Shown here piece by piece: positions 29,758-43,096 of a stretch of DNA of 64,000 bases. Location: assembly GCF_009914755.1 (NCBI RefSeq), contig NC_060927.1. The stretch is one strand, 5' to 3'. Numbering within the stretch: position 1 is the first letter of the stretch; every line of letters starts with the position of its first letter. The notes under the pieces were generated by a model. That model was not told the origin of the DNA. It saw nothing but the letters and a program-made list of their open reading frames with translations, and ran no database searches. The DNA is from the human T2T-CHM13v2.0 reference genome, Homo sapiens. The position numbers and the translations under genes were made by a program.

Positions 29758-30654
29758 TTACTTTAAGATCTTAGTTTCCCTATGCATTTTGTATTCTTTA
29801 CTTGATGTTTTCTTTTATTGAGTGTAAACTCACTGTGTAACAATTTGAGGAGATTCCTGGAAACAAGGCCTGGGAATTTTATAAAGTTAAGAACTAAAGA
29901 GGACTTTCTGTTCCAAAACCTGATATAGAGACTTGGTTAAAAAAAAAAAAAATGTCTTTGCTGAATTGTCTGCTGAGCTTATAAAGGAAGAAATACTTTG
30001 GTGTGTTTGGTGATGATACTAGAAGCATGCACATCTGGTACCATACTGCAGGAAATAACTTACTTTGAATCATGAGAAAGTGGTGAAGCTTAGTAAAATG
30101 GCACAGGAAACTCTGCAAATGGAGGACTATCTTATTCCATTGGCCATTCTCGGCTGCTTTTTGTTTATTAAGGCTGCTGTATATAATGTGAAGGCTGAGC
30201 TTTACTGCAAAACATTTCCTCGGCCATTGGTGGTTAAACCACAATGGGCCTAAGTAATCAAAAGGCAGAAATAGCACAGCCACTACTCTAGCTACGCTGG
30301 CTTCCTAAATCTTTAGAAATAGTGCAAGATGCTAACTTAGGAAGCATCAGCTACTGTATGGTATCAGGGCTGTACTTGACAGGGGGCAGCTGGAGGATGA
30401 ACGGTTCCATCTTCCCCTTTAATTTTCTATACCAGACTGTGGCCCCAGGTATAGTGAAAGAAATTATGCTAGGAGATTCAAAATAGCATACCACAGATTA
30501 TATTAATGGGATAACATCAATAACAAAATTTGTTTTAATACAAGTAAAATAAAATATCTTTTCTCTTAATATATTGACAACTTGAACTATGCATTTTGGG
30601 AAGTGGGTTTAACTTTATTATTAAAATTAATAATAATCTTGGTAATCTTTTCTT

Positions 30655-32590
30655 GCTTTTTTTTGGTAACAGCTTTTATTGAGATGTGATAATTCACATG
30701 CCAAAAAACTTACCTATTAACATGTATACAAATCAATGTTTTTTATTATATTTGCTATGCAAAATTTACCACAATTGTAGACCATTTTTATTGTATCAAG
30801 AAAACCCTTCACCTCCATCCCTAATCCTCTCTCCCTCCCCAGCCTTAGGCAACTAATCATCTACATTTTCTACATATAAATTTGTCTTTTCTGGATATTT
30901 TATGTAAATTGATTCATATAATATCATCTTGTCCTTTATCACTGGATTCTTTCACTTAGCATAATGTTTTCAAGGATCACCCATTCTGTTGCATGTATCA
31001 GTACTTCATTCGTTTTCGTCGCCTAATAATGTTCCATTGCATGGAAATAACATATTTTGTTTGTCTATGCACCAATTGATGGACATGTAGGTTGTTTGCA
31101 CATTTAGACTATTATGAACACTGTTGCTATAAACATTTATGTGCAAGATTTTGTGTAAACATATACTTTTATTTCTCTCGTGTATATACCTGAAGAGGAT
31201 TGCTGGGTCATATAGTAACTATATGTTTTAATCTTTTGAAGAATTGACAGACTATTTTCCAAAGTGGCTATACCATTTCACATAGCTATCAGCAATCAGC
31301 ATTGTATGGAAGATTCCAATTTCTACATATCCTCCACAGCACTTTTTTACTACAGCTATCATAGTGGTTGTGAAGTGATATCTCATTGTGAATTTGAATT
31401 TTCATTTCCCTGATGGCTATAACTTTGAACAACTTTCTATGTGTTTATTGTTCATATGTATATCTTCTTTGGAGGTATATCTCTTCTGATTGGGTGATTT
31501 TTGTTTTTATTATTGAGTTAAAATATTTCTTTGTATATTTTAGGTATAAGTTATCAGATTTGCAATAACTTTCTAATATTCTGTGGGTTTTATTTTTACT
31601 CTCTTCACAATATCTGTATTTGTCCATTCTTGCATTGCTATAAAGAAATACCTAAGACTGGGTAATTTATAAAGAAAAAAGGTTTAATTGGCTCACTATT
31701 CTGTGGGCTTTACAGGAAGCATAGTGCTGACATCAGCTTGGCTTCTGGTGAAACCTCTATGAGCTTAGAATCATGCTGACAGGTGAACGGGGAACAGGGA
31801 CATCACATGGCAAAAACAGGGGCAAGAGAGAGAGCGAGAGAGTGGATGGGAAGATGCCACACAGTTTTAAATGACCAGCTCTCCCCAGAACAAACTCACT
31901 ATCTTACAGGCAGCACCAAGCCATGAGGGATGCACCCCCATCATTCAGAAACTTCCCACCAGGTGCCATCTCCAGCATTGGGGATTACATTTCAACATGA
32001 GATTTGGGCAGGGATAAATATCCAGATGATATCAGTATTCTTTGAACTAAAAAAAGCCTTTTAATTTTGGTGAAGTCCAATTTCTCTATTTTTTTGTTGC
32101 TGCTGCGTTTGCTTTTGGTTTCGTATCTAAGAAACTACCACCAAATTCAAGCTCATTAAGATTTACCCCTATGTTTTCTTCTAAGAGTTTTATATTCTTA
32201 CATTTCAGCCTTTGAACTATTTTGACTTAGTTTTTTATATGGTATGAGTTAAGGTTCCAATTTTGTTCTGTTACATCTACTTATACAGTTGTCTCAGAAT
32301 GATTTTTTTGAAAAGACAATTCTTTTCTAATCAAATACTATTGCACCATTGTTGAAAATCAATTGACTGCGATGTAGGGTTTATGTCTGGACTCTCAATT
32401 ATGTTCCATTGATCTGCAATTTTATCCTAATGCCATTTCCACACTGTCTTGATTAGCATACCTTTGTAGTAAATTTTGAAATTGGGAAATGTGAGGTCTC
32501 CAGCTTTGTTCTTGTTTTTCAAGATTGTTTTGGCTATTCTGGATCTCTTGAATTTTCATGTGAATGTTAAGATTTACTTGACAGTTTTGC
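30655..32590 (-). mobile_element. L1MB-like 3' fragment split by an MST LTR
   Basis: cagcttttattgagat 3' end, cccagccttaggcaactaatc, ttttccaaagtggctataccattt; homology resumes after 32035. Confidence 0.88.
31615..32034 (-). mobile_element. MSTA/MSTB solo LTR (ERVL-MaLR)
   Basis: tgtatttgtccattcttgcattgctataaagaaatacc ... ggggattacatttcaacatgagatttgg...atatca; TG..CA ends. Confidence 0.92.
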
Positions 32591-32990
32591 TAAATAAGTA
32601 CATTTTATATGAAGATATATTACACTGTGAAATAAAATAAAATGAAAGAATTATGGGGCACGGTTGTATCTTATTAATTTATACCTATTTATTTTGTGAC
32701 TATGTGAAATATCTCAAATATAATTTTTAAATGACTTCTATACATTAAAATACAGTAGAAATTGTATTGAAAATGATATTAGGTGCATCAGTGAATGAAT
32801 GTGTTTTTGTTTCATTTCACCATGCTTCGTTAGTAGAATTTCTAGCAATCAGTGCCCATTAGACTTATTTTTATTTATGTGAATTAATAATTCATACATG
32901 AACAACAAAATATTCAGGATCAATAATTCTTAATTAAAGAAAACTTAGCATAGCTATTTATTCCAACTTGGTGTTTAATTATGAAGTGTA

Positions 32991-33281
32991 GACCAGGCAT
33001 GGTGGCTCATGCCTGTAATCACAGCACTTTGGGAGGCCGAGGCGGGCAGATCACGAGGTCAGGAGTTTGAGACCAGCCTGGCCAACATGGTGAAACCCCA
33101 TCTCTACTAAAAATACAAAAAATTAGCCGGGCGTGGTGGCTCATGCCTGTAATTCCACCTACTCAGGAGGCTGAGGCAGGAGAACTGCTTGAGCCCGGAA
33201 GGTGGGGAGGTTGCAGTGAGCCAAGATAGCGCCACTGCACTCCAGGCTGGGTGACAGAGTGAGACTCCGTCTCAAAAAAAA
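32991..33281 (+). mobile_element. AluSg
   Basis: gatcacgaggtcaggagtttgagaccagcctggcc; TSD aattatgaagtgta / aattataaagtgta. Confidence 0.95.
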
Positions 33282-33689
33282 AATTATAAAGTGTACATAT
33301 TTAATATTTAGAAAAGAAAATAAGCACTACTAGTTCAACAATTGACAAATTTTTTCAAAGATTTGAAAGGCATATGTTGCTTTCTTAACAGACAATATAT
33401 GATTTAGTAAATACATTTCTCTAAACTAAATAAAGGAATAAAGTGAACGCCAAGGGTAAATTTACATATTAATATAATTAATCCATCTATTTAGTTAGTA
33501 ATGTCTATATTGATTTCATTCACACCCTTTTTTCCACCCAATATTGGAATAGGAATTTATGTTGGAAGAAATATCTAAAGAACCTACAAGGACAAGAATA
33601 CTGTTTGTTTGGTTAAATAGATTTGATCAGTTCTTATTTCAAGATTGAAAAAAACTTACAAAGTACCTATTATATGATAGACAATAGAG

Positions 33690-34260
33690 TGATTTTACAT
33701 ACAAATAATCACATTTGACTCACTCTGTCCAGATAAGGTACGTCCTCCCACTTTTACCATGAGGAAACTGAATTCCTACAAGTTCAAGTGGCTTGACCCA
33801 AATCAGCTAAATAACTGGTAAAGCTGGTGTATTAGTCTTTCCTCAGGCTGCTATGGAGAAATACCCAAGACTGGGTAATTTATAAAGGAAGAAGTTTAAT
33901 TGACTCGCAGTTCTGCGTGGCTAGGGAGGCCTCAGGAAACTTAACAATCATGGCAGAATGCAAAGGAGACGCAGGCACCTTGTTCACAGGGCAGCAGGAT
34001 GGAGTGAGTGCCAGCAGGGGAAATGCCAGAGGCTTATAAAACCATCAGATATCATGAGACTCACTCACCATCACAAGAACAGCACGGGGGAAACCGCCCC
34101 CCGGGATCCAGTTACCTCCACCTGGTCCAGCCCTTTCTCGTGGGGATTCTGGGGATTACAATTCAAAAATGAGATTATGAGATTTTGGGTGGGGCCACAG
34201 CCGAACCATATCAGCTGGGATTCACACTTGGGTCAGAAGACTGCAAGCCTGGTTTTCTTT
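33690..34260 (-). mobile_element. MIR split by a THE1 LTR
   Basis: ccacttttaccatgaggaaactga...ctggtaaagctgg resumes as gattcacacttgggtc after the LTR. Confidence 0.65.
33828..34213 (-). mobile_element. THE1 (C/D-like) solo LTR
   Basis: tgtattagtc...aaatacccaagactgggtaatttataaaggaa...ccgaaccatatca; perfect 5-bp TSD gctgg (33823-33827, 34214-34218). Confidence 0.95.
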
Positions 34261-35287
34261 ACATTTACCATCTAGTCTCTCTATTCACTAAATTTCTTTC
34301 TCCAGCTTTTTCAGCTCTTTACTTACTGTAGCCAAGCCTTTTTCTAAGACCCAGTAGAACAGGACATCAAACCTTTTTGGCACAGGAAGTTTAAGAGAGT
34401 TTAGAAAAAGTACAAAAGGAAGAAAATTAGACCCGTGACCTTCACTGAGCCTATTGTTCTCCAAGAGCGCAACCACTGGGGTATCCACACTCTACCACAC
34501 CTGTAAGTACGATTTGGTTCCAGGGGAGATAGAAGCAGTTACCGAAATCCAGATGAGGGTTAAACCCTTTTACTTTGGGTTTGCCATCCTCCTAGAAAAA
34601 GTTTGAAAGATACATGGAAACGTGGTGGGAAGCCCTGGATCTAAAACTAACAATGATACTCATAAAATATGAAGAGGAGGATAAAAGTCTGACTCACATA
34701 AGTAGATTATAAGAGAATCAAACAGTATTAGAAAAATTAAAAAAAATGAGAGTAGAGAATTAGAATAGTAAAATGAAGGGACAAAAAGTTTGAACAAATA
34801 TTTTATACCACTATAATGCATTTATTTGACATAATTACATATACTTTTATTATTAATTTTTCAATGATACACAAAAATATATAGCATATATAGGTTGAAA
34901 GTATTTTACAGCAATAAAACCTGAATATCTTTAATATAATTTAGCCCAAACTAAAATAATGAATTCAGAATTATTGTCAAAATAGAATTGATATGAGTAA
35001 TGTAATAATGTTGACATTAATCAATATAGAATGATGTGAATAATCTTAGTTTGTGTAGAAACACACCTTTTCTCATGTTCTCATTTCTTTTCTCTTTAAG
35101 GTTTGACCTCTTGCATAGTCTAGTACACTGAATTTATTAGATCAATAATTTTAACTTGTAATTAATAATCATAATGTTAATTTTATTAAACATTAAAGTG
35201 AGCTAAAATATATGTTATACTGAATAACTTTAAAATATGTGCTTTAGGAAAATATTGGCTATGAAATTTATAAAATGAAGATAATCT

Positions 35288-35590
35288 GGCCGGGCACAGT
35301 GGCTCACACCTGTAATCCCAGCACTTTGGGAGGCCAAGGTGGGAAGATCACGAGGTCAGGAGATCGAGACCATCCTGGCTAACACGGTGAAACCCCATCT
35401 CTACTAAAAATACAAAAAATTAGCCGGGCGTGGTGGCAGGTGCCTGTAGTCCCAGCTACTCAGGAGGCTGAGGCAGGAGAATGGTGGGAACCCAGGAGGC
35501 GGAGCTTGCAGTGAGCCAAGCCATTGCACTCCAGCCTGGGCGACAAAGCGAGACTCCGTCTGAAAAAAAAAAAAAAAAAAAAAAAAAAAA
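35288..35590 (+). mobile_element. AluY
   Basis: gagatcgagaccatcctggctaacacgg, ggagcttgcag; perfect TSD gaagataatct. Confidence 0.97.
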
Positions 35591-36849
35591 GAAGATAATC
35601 TATTTTTGCATAAAAAAACGGAGCAGTTCATTTCTCTCTAGGAGGACATAATCAATTTGAACATTGTTAGCAATGGCTAATGTTCTTCAAAATTATTCCA
35701 TTGCATATTCAACTTCAACTCAACAGGTGGGATATAATTCAAGCAACAGTGAAGGAACAGAGTGGACCTCTTGGCTAGATATAGTTTCAACAATAACATA
35801 TATGATGCCAGTATTTCCTGAGGATTAATGATCAACTGGAAGAGCTTGTGGTCCTGGGACCATTAACTCCATGTGGTCATTAATTTTGTTGGAAATCCCT
35901 TACAAGGACATTTGTAACTTTTACTTCCCCTTTCTTAATAAAATTTTTGGGCAAGATTTTTAAGCAACCTTTTTATTTTTGAAAATGTTATTTTCTTGCC
36001 CACTGACTATAAATCTAATCAATAACTCTGATAAGCATTTAAAGCAGATTTATATTTTTGAAACTTCATATGTTATGTGTATTTTGGCACTGTTTCATTT
36101 CTTATACCATCACAATAGAAAAGCTGCACTGTTTCTTAATTAATCAAATGGTTCCAAGTACTAAAAGGCAAAATATCTATTTAAATGTCTTGCTATATAG
36201 TACGCATTGATCGATACAATTTATAAAAATCTAAGTTACATAATGTAGAATATTTATCTTTAGGGCTGTTTACTATTGATCAAAATTCTGAGGAGTTACC
36301 TCTGCTTTAAAAATTTTTATTACTGCTTTTAAGATGTAGGTCAAATTCTAGGTTCTAGAACATAGCTTTGTTTGGAATCTATAAAACATGAGTTTCACCA
36401 AAAATATATATATTTTTAGGTAAACACAGGTAACCGTGTCTTAATTTCCTATTACTCATTGCCAGAATGCCCAAGAACATACTAATGTTCTATTATAAAT
36501 TAAAGTTCTTGACTTTCAGGGGGGAAAGTTATATTATTTTGTAATTATCACCAAAATAACTTAAGAATATTACAATTTTTAAAAAACAGATTCTTTTTTG
36601 AAATATTATAAAATTAATCTGTACATGTGCAAAAATAGTAATTATTGCCAACACTAGGAAAATGGAAATGTAATTCATGTATAATCACCACTAGAAAAAT
36701 ATGAAATAAAGTATGGAATTGTGCTTGGTTGTGGTATTTGTATTATAATATGGAACTGACTATGCTATTAGCAAATTTTATATTACATGCGTATACATAA
36801 TTAACCTTCATCTTTAATTGATATCTATTATTAAAATCGATAGGGAATA

Positions 36850-37460
36850 TAATAAGTAAACCCCTAGGCTGAGCAAGATACAACAAACAGCTAGAAAGAC
36901 CATGCCAAATTAAGGCACAGTGAATTCCACACTAACTAAAATGAACGTGACATTATAAAAAACGGATGTCACATCTTATTGACAATAAAAGTGCCAAAAG
37001 CATGCATATTAGATTAGAGCTCAGCTAATTGGAGGATGTGGGATGTTTGAAGTACAGTAAAAGAAGCAGGCGCTAATCTCTGTCGTGATACGCCACGCCA
37101 CCACTACTTGAAATTCCGTTGGGCAATATTAATTCTAGCAGAGGTCTGAGCTACTAATAAATGAGGCAAATTGAGTCAATTACTAATTTCATGCTTTTAT
37201 GATTTGGGGTTTAGCTAGATAATATCTGCAATTTAATACACTGCCCTCTAGAGATCTCGGCCTTTTACAAAGAACATGCTTTCTCAGACCTATTTGCACT
37301 GTTCATTTTGTTTCAGTTCCACACTGCCGTGTAGTGGGCGGGAGGGAATCATGCGTCACAGTGTTATTTTCTTTCTTAATGCTCCATGTGCGACTTCCCT
37401 TTGATTGAAATCTTCATCAGGGTTTAGAGCTGAATTCCTTGCTTCTAGCAGTATTCACTT
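36850..37460. promoter_or_regulatory. Candidate enhancer / CTCF-like element
   Basis: Repeat-free with locally more CpG; TGAGTCA at 37172, CTCF-like sites at 37238-37254 and 37321-37337, GC box at 37336, CCTTTGAT at 37398, several TAAT cores. Confidence 0.35.
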
Positions 37461-39460
37461 GGTCCTATTTCTCTTTTGGGAACAGTAGTCACAAAATATA
37501 ACTCAAAACCTATGTAGCAATATATTTTACTGGGATATTGCAAAGGACTTTATGCCATCAATAATTCATGCACTTCTAAAAAATTAGCCTGATCTTCCAC
37601 GTTTTTAAAAAGGCAGCTTAAAAAAAAGCCAGTGATATTTTATGTTCAAATCAGTAATTTTAAATTTGTTTCTTTAATACCCCCTTTCAAAACGACCCAT
37701 CAGTTCTCATAGATTTTTTGTACCACCACTGATTACCACACTAATTTGTGGATAAATAAGCATTTCCTTGGGAATAGTTTAAAGTTCTCCAAATAATTAA
37801 CTTCATTTTGTTTACGAGAATTTTTTTTTGCATGGCAAACACCTAAAAATGAAGTGTATTATTAATATTTTTAAAGTTTAACTCTGTCACGTAAAGATAA
37901 TGTCAAATTTAAAATTAAGTGATATTAAAATAATCTATAAAGATCATTTGTCATGATATATGCTTTTATTTTTGAAAATTAGACATTTCTTACTGTTAAA
38001 ATACATGTATATAAGCTAACTTTATTTGGTAATTAAAAGGTAATTACGAGACAAAATAAAATATTATGCAACCAATTTACTGATATGAGCATTACACCAT
38101 TGTTCATCTTATAACCTGTTAGAAAAGTAGATTTTTAAAATAATCAGTTGATGTACTCATTTTTATTAACCCTAAAGGTAAGGCTTTTTTGCAGTTCCAC
38201 CAAGGGCCAAATAAAAATATACTGTAAATCATGTCTTCCCAGCTGTGGTTAACCTGATTAGAAAGAGGTCAGTAGGGGAATGGATGGTTGCCAAAAACCC
38301 TCTTTGGTCAGGTCTCCACCACCAAAGTGAAGTAGTAAATTGAGAATTGAACAATTAGGTGAATAAGTCAGGCTAAAAAGCACTTTCCAATGAGCTCTAT
38401 CAATAATTTATATAACTTGTATTGTGGGAGTTTGGGCTGTAATCAAGGTCAGAAATCTAGAAGAGAGTGCTCCTATTTTCTCTATATGTAGAAATGTAGA
38501 AGACAGTACTCTTATTTTCTCCATCTGTCAGTCCTTCCTTTGGTTCATCCTCCTTTCATTTCCTTACCTTTTCTTTACCTTTCTCTGAGTTATTTTGATA
38601 AGTGTCTTTATTTCCACTTCAATTTGCTGGTGTTGGCCTGACTTTTAATACCACTGTTATTCCCAGTAGATTAATTTTCTTTGTTTCAGTAGAACTGAGA
38701 CATTAATGCCTCTGATCCTTTGCTCTGAAAACAAAGCCTAAAACAACTTCCTTTCTGAACTGCAGTTTGTGCTTCGAGACATTAAGATCAAGAAGTGAAT
38801 ATGTATTTTCAAAATCGAGTATCAAACTACAGAAGTGTTTACCTCAGCCCTGCCCTGATGCTGCACATTTAAAGACCTACTCCAAAGAGAAGCTTCAAAT
38901 TGTTCCAATGTGCTATTTAGAAAAATAATTTATATTAAGGTATATAATAAAATATGCTATAAATCACAGTTTGTAGAAGAAACATTTGTCCTGTATTTTC
39001 ATATGTATTATCTCCCTAAACACCTCCTTAACATGATAATTAAACACTTGCTGAGTATCAATACTTTTGCATTCTTATCTATACTGATCAACAAAATTGG
39101 TAGTTTGGTAATAGGGGAAGAAACTCATTTAACATGAAACTGTTAAAATATTAGAAAGGTAAGTTTCATAGAGTAGACAGTAATAGGAAATATTTATGGT
39201 GAATGTAATATAAATTTGACATTTGTAAGCACTTTGCATGGGATATTATAGCCACTTACCGATTAGGAAAGTGAGGCTCAGAAAAGCTACATAAACTGAT
39301 GAATGAAACAGAGCAGACAAGGAATACATTTTGAATCTGTGCAGGCTGATTCTGCTCTTAATCACCCTATTATGGTCTAATGAGCATAAACTATACATAA
39401 TATGATAATAAAAGTATGTAATTTTCATTTCCCATTATAGTCTCTGTAAGTAGTTTGGGG

Positions 39461-39504
39461 TGTTTTTTAAACTTCTAAGTTTAAAAAACATTTAAACTTA
39501 GAAG
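39461..39504. repeat. Two overlapping perfect 14-bp inverted repeats
   Basis: tgttttttaaactt-ct-aagtttaaaaaaca and cttctaagtttaaa-aaaca-tttaaacttagaag. Confidence 0.95.
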
Positions 39505-40515
39505 ACAACATTTGAGATGAAATATTTGTAACTAACCGCCGGGTTCTTAGGATGACATTTGAAAAAAATAAAAAGATAATAGATTATTATGCTAGAGCAA
39601 CAAAATTTAATTTAAATCATTATACTGTGTTTGGAGAAGGTTTTCTCCTATGTGCTCTAATTTTTCACCCTATTACATTTCCATATTTCAGTAAGACTGG
39701 GTATTTATTATAAGAAAACTGATATAAGACTAGAGAGAAATCTGGCAGGATATTTGGGACAAAGCAGTTCAACAAGTTATAATGACAGGTGAAATAAAAT
39801 TTTCTTATATAGTTTGTCTGTGTGTATGTGTGTGTCCACAGGCCCATACACATGTGGGCATGCATGAACAGGGGCATAGTTGTGTTTCTTTTACACTTAA
39901 AAGGTTGATTATTCACTTTTGTTGCTCCTGAATCCTATTATTAGCATTAAACCTAGGGCTTTAATTCATGTTTTAGACCTTGAGATCTAATAGATCTCAG
40001 TATGGTAAGATGATTATTTTCCTTTCAAACTCCAGTAACTTGTATTATGAAAGCTATTGAAAAATTATTTTTGCTACTCTCTTCTATTCTTTTAAAAATT
40101 AAAATAAAATGAAAAACTAAAATGCAGAATTTTAGGGTAGCTATTACAAACTCAGTGGGATTCATCACGATGTATTTTCTTCATCTCTTTCAAAATGACT
40201 GTTCTGAAAACCTTAGCTTTTCTTAGCTGGTCTTTCTTCAACTTAACCAGATAGCTTTCCTGCCTACCTATTTCCAGTTAGAACATATGGGCACAGTTAC
40301 ATATTACATATGCAAAATCATTAATAACAAAAACAAAACATATAAAATCACAAAGTTTCTATCATTTAAATTTTTTCATGACTCTAGTTAGGAAATCAAC
40401 ATATTAAAGTTAGTAAATACTAGCTCTACCTAATGTTGACAGTTTTTTAAAAAAACCTTGATATTCAGAATATAATTTGCTGCTATTCACATTACTGAAT
40501 AACAGCCATTGGAAC

Positions 40516-41238
40516 TGTTACAGTAGATAGCTAGTCAGACATGAGCAGAGCAGGAGAGGGCTCCCTCTGGCCCCCCAACACACGCCAAGAATGTTAGGGA
40601 CCATCAGGTGATGGTCATGCAGTTGTTAACTATCTCTCTAAAATAGTAATTGGTTGCAGCCAGCGCTAGGGAAAGGAAAGGCAGTCTCCCCATATATAGG
40701 AAAAACCTGAAACTGGTGATCAGCAGCTTCCTGATGAGATCTCAGGAGTTGGGTGAATGGGCTCAAGCATGCATATCAAGAGGCAAAACGGTGAGTTTAA
40801 CTGGTATGTGACCTTCTAGGGACATTCGGCTGGTAAGGGAAGAATATCTCAAGTGAGCATGCATACAGCTCCAGTAAACACACTGAACAGGCTCCCCTCC
40901 CAAGTGCTGGCGGGCCAAGCAGGCAGCCCACCCCAACGGAAGAATTAGGGGAGAAGGGTAGCAAGACCCCAGAAGCATGCCAACTTGTAAAACCCAGGTC
41001 AGAAGGTCAAACTGGTCACTTGTCTTTCAAGTTGCCCACTTGGCCCTCTTCCAAGTGTACTTAACTTTCTTTTCATTCTGGCTGTAAAGCTTTTTAGTAA
41101 ACTTTCACGACGGCTCTAAAACTTGACCTGGTCTCTTCTGCCTTATGCTGCTCAGTAAAATTCTCTCTTCTGAGGAGGGAAGAATTGAGCTTGCTGCAGA
41201 CATGTATGCAGACCCTTATGGATTCGCCACTGGTAAAA
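40516..41238 (+). mobile_element. MER50 solo LTR (ERV1)
   Basis: tgttacagtagatagctagtcagacatgagcagagcaggagagggctccc ... ccatcaggtgatggtca ... ggattcgccactggtaa matches MER50 as I recall it; about 720 bp. Confidence 0.88.
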
Positions 41239-42194
41239 AATACTTAGTTATTTTTACCTATAGGTGATGATGGCTAAAGAGTTAAGTCAAACTATTGTGT
41301 AATATGCTGTATTGCAACATTCTAAACTACTAAATTATGAGTAATTCACCTAAATGCAATATCATCGCACAGTATGCATTGTTTTCTAGTTTTCACTTTC
41401 TGTGTGTAGTCTGAAGTCATTAATACCAATTACAATGAAATGTTGCTCATATATCTACAACCACTATCAGCTCAGATCTCTGTGCTTGTGCAAGGGAGTT
41501 GTATAAGTCATGGTTCCACAACGCTGTTGTGTGTTGTTTTGCTTTTTATCACGGGATTCATTAAGTTTTGAGGACTTTCATTACGTTTTGAAGAGATAAT
41601 AAGTTGATAATTCAAAGAAAAAGTATTCTTTACCATAGAAAATCTAGATAAAGCCCTAATGTTAGATTAACATATTATGCTTTTGATGTGTTGTGCATAG
41701 CATGAATATCCTGACATTTATTGATTTGCAATAAGAAACCAAGTGAATACATTGTTAGTGGGAGTAGAAAGGCTTCAACTATCAGAGAAAATAGAGTGTG
41801 GCAGAGTTCAAAAACCTCTGAATTTGTGTTTTGCATTCCAGTAAGGCTATTGACCCCAGCTTGGAGGACATATATCCTCAAATGCAGGGTTATCTGAAAA
41901 GCCTTTAATCAGATAGTCACTCTGGTATACATATGGGACACTGTAGAAATGTAAAGGAGCTGCCCCTTATAAATTTCTATGACCAAATAGAACTTCTAGT
42001 TCTTCAATGTGGATGCTTGCTTTTGTTCTGAATGTGAAATGTATGCCACCCAGAACATAGACCTTGTTCCAAGAAAATTTACTATCCTGTAGTATAAGCA
42101 TAACACATTGTTAGAAAAAGAGTCCTTTCTAACAGAGTTACCAAAGAACTATTTATTGTACACTAAAACTAAGTCAGAAAAGGGCAGATAACTG

Positions 42195-42307
42195 GAGAAA
42201 ACATGAGACTCATGGCAGCAGTGTGTTTTCAGTCTTAGGACATATATCTCCAAATACCCTTGCATTTCCTATCAACCATTCTATAGAAGCTATCTATATC
42301 CATGTAT

Positions 42308-42350
<43 letters not shown>

Positions 42351-42540
42351 TTTAGCTTTTGTAAAAAAAAAGTATATGCATATTTAAAGCTCTACTCTTC
42401 TAAGTGACAGTTACACATCAGTTACCATTACTGAAATACATCTCTAAAGAAGACTTAATGCCACCCTGGTAAAAATAGCAGTGGGTTATTGAAGATCGCA
42501 CATTCTGAGTTCTCACTCCGTAATTTCGTGAGAAAAAAAA
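42195..42540 (+). repeat. Local duplication copy 1 (with expanded (TA)n)
   Basis: Colinear with 43719-44050. Confidence 0.95.
42311..42347. repeat. (TA)n microsatellite
   Basis: About 18 TA units. Confidence 0.95.
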
Positions 42541-42797
42541 TCATGCACTTGGACCAATTTTTCATGGGAGAGAATTATATGAAATGTTGGCATAACGTCA
42601 ATTTTTTCCTAAAAATAAGAATTTTTTTTTTCTATATGAAGGGCCTGATGTCCCTGTTGCTGAACGGAAATCTATCTTCCCCTGCCATAGGTAGCATCTG
42701 AGTCACAAGAAATGGTATAGCTTGAGGTCTAGTCTTTCAGTTTTTGAGACCCATTTTCTACCACAGTCATTCTAAAACATAAAAAGTCAAAGTTTTA

Positions 42798-43096
<299 letters not shown>

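Noticed and set aside
33958-34275. 105-aa ORF
   Set aside because: Mostly THE1 LTR sequence read antisense
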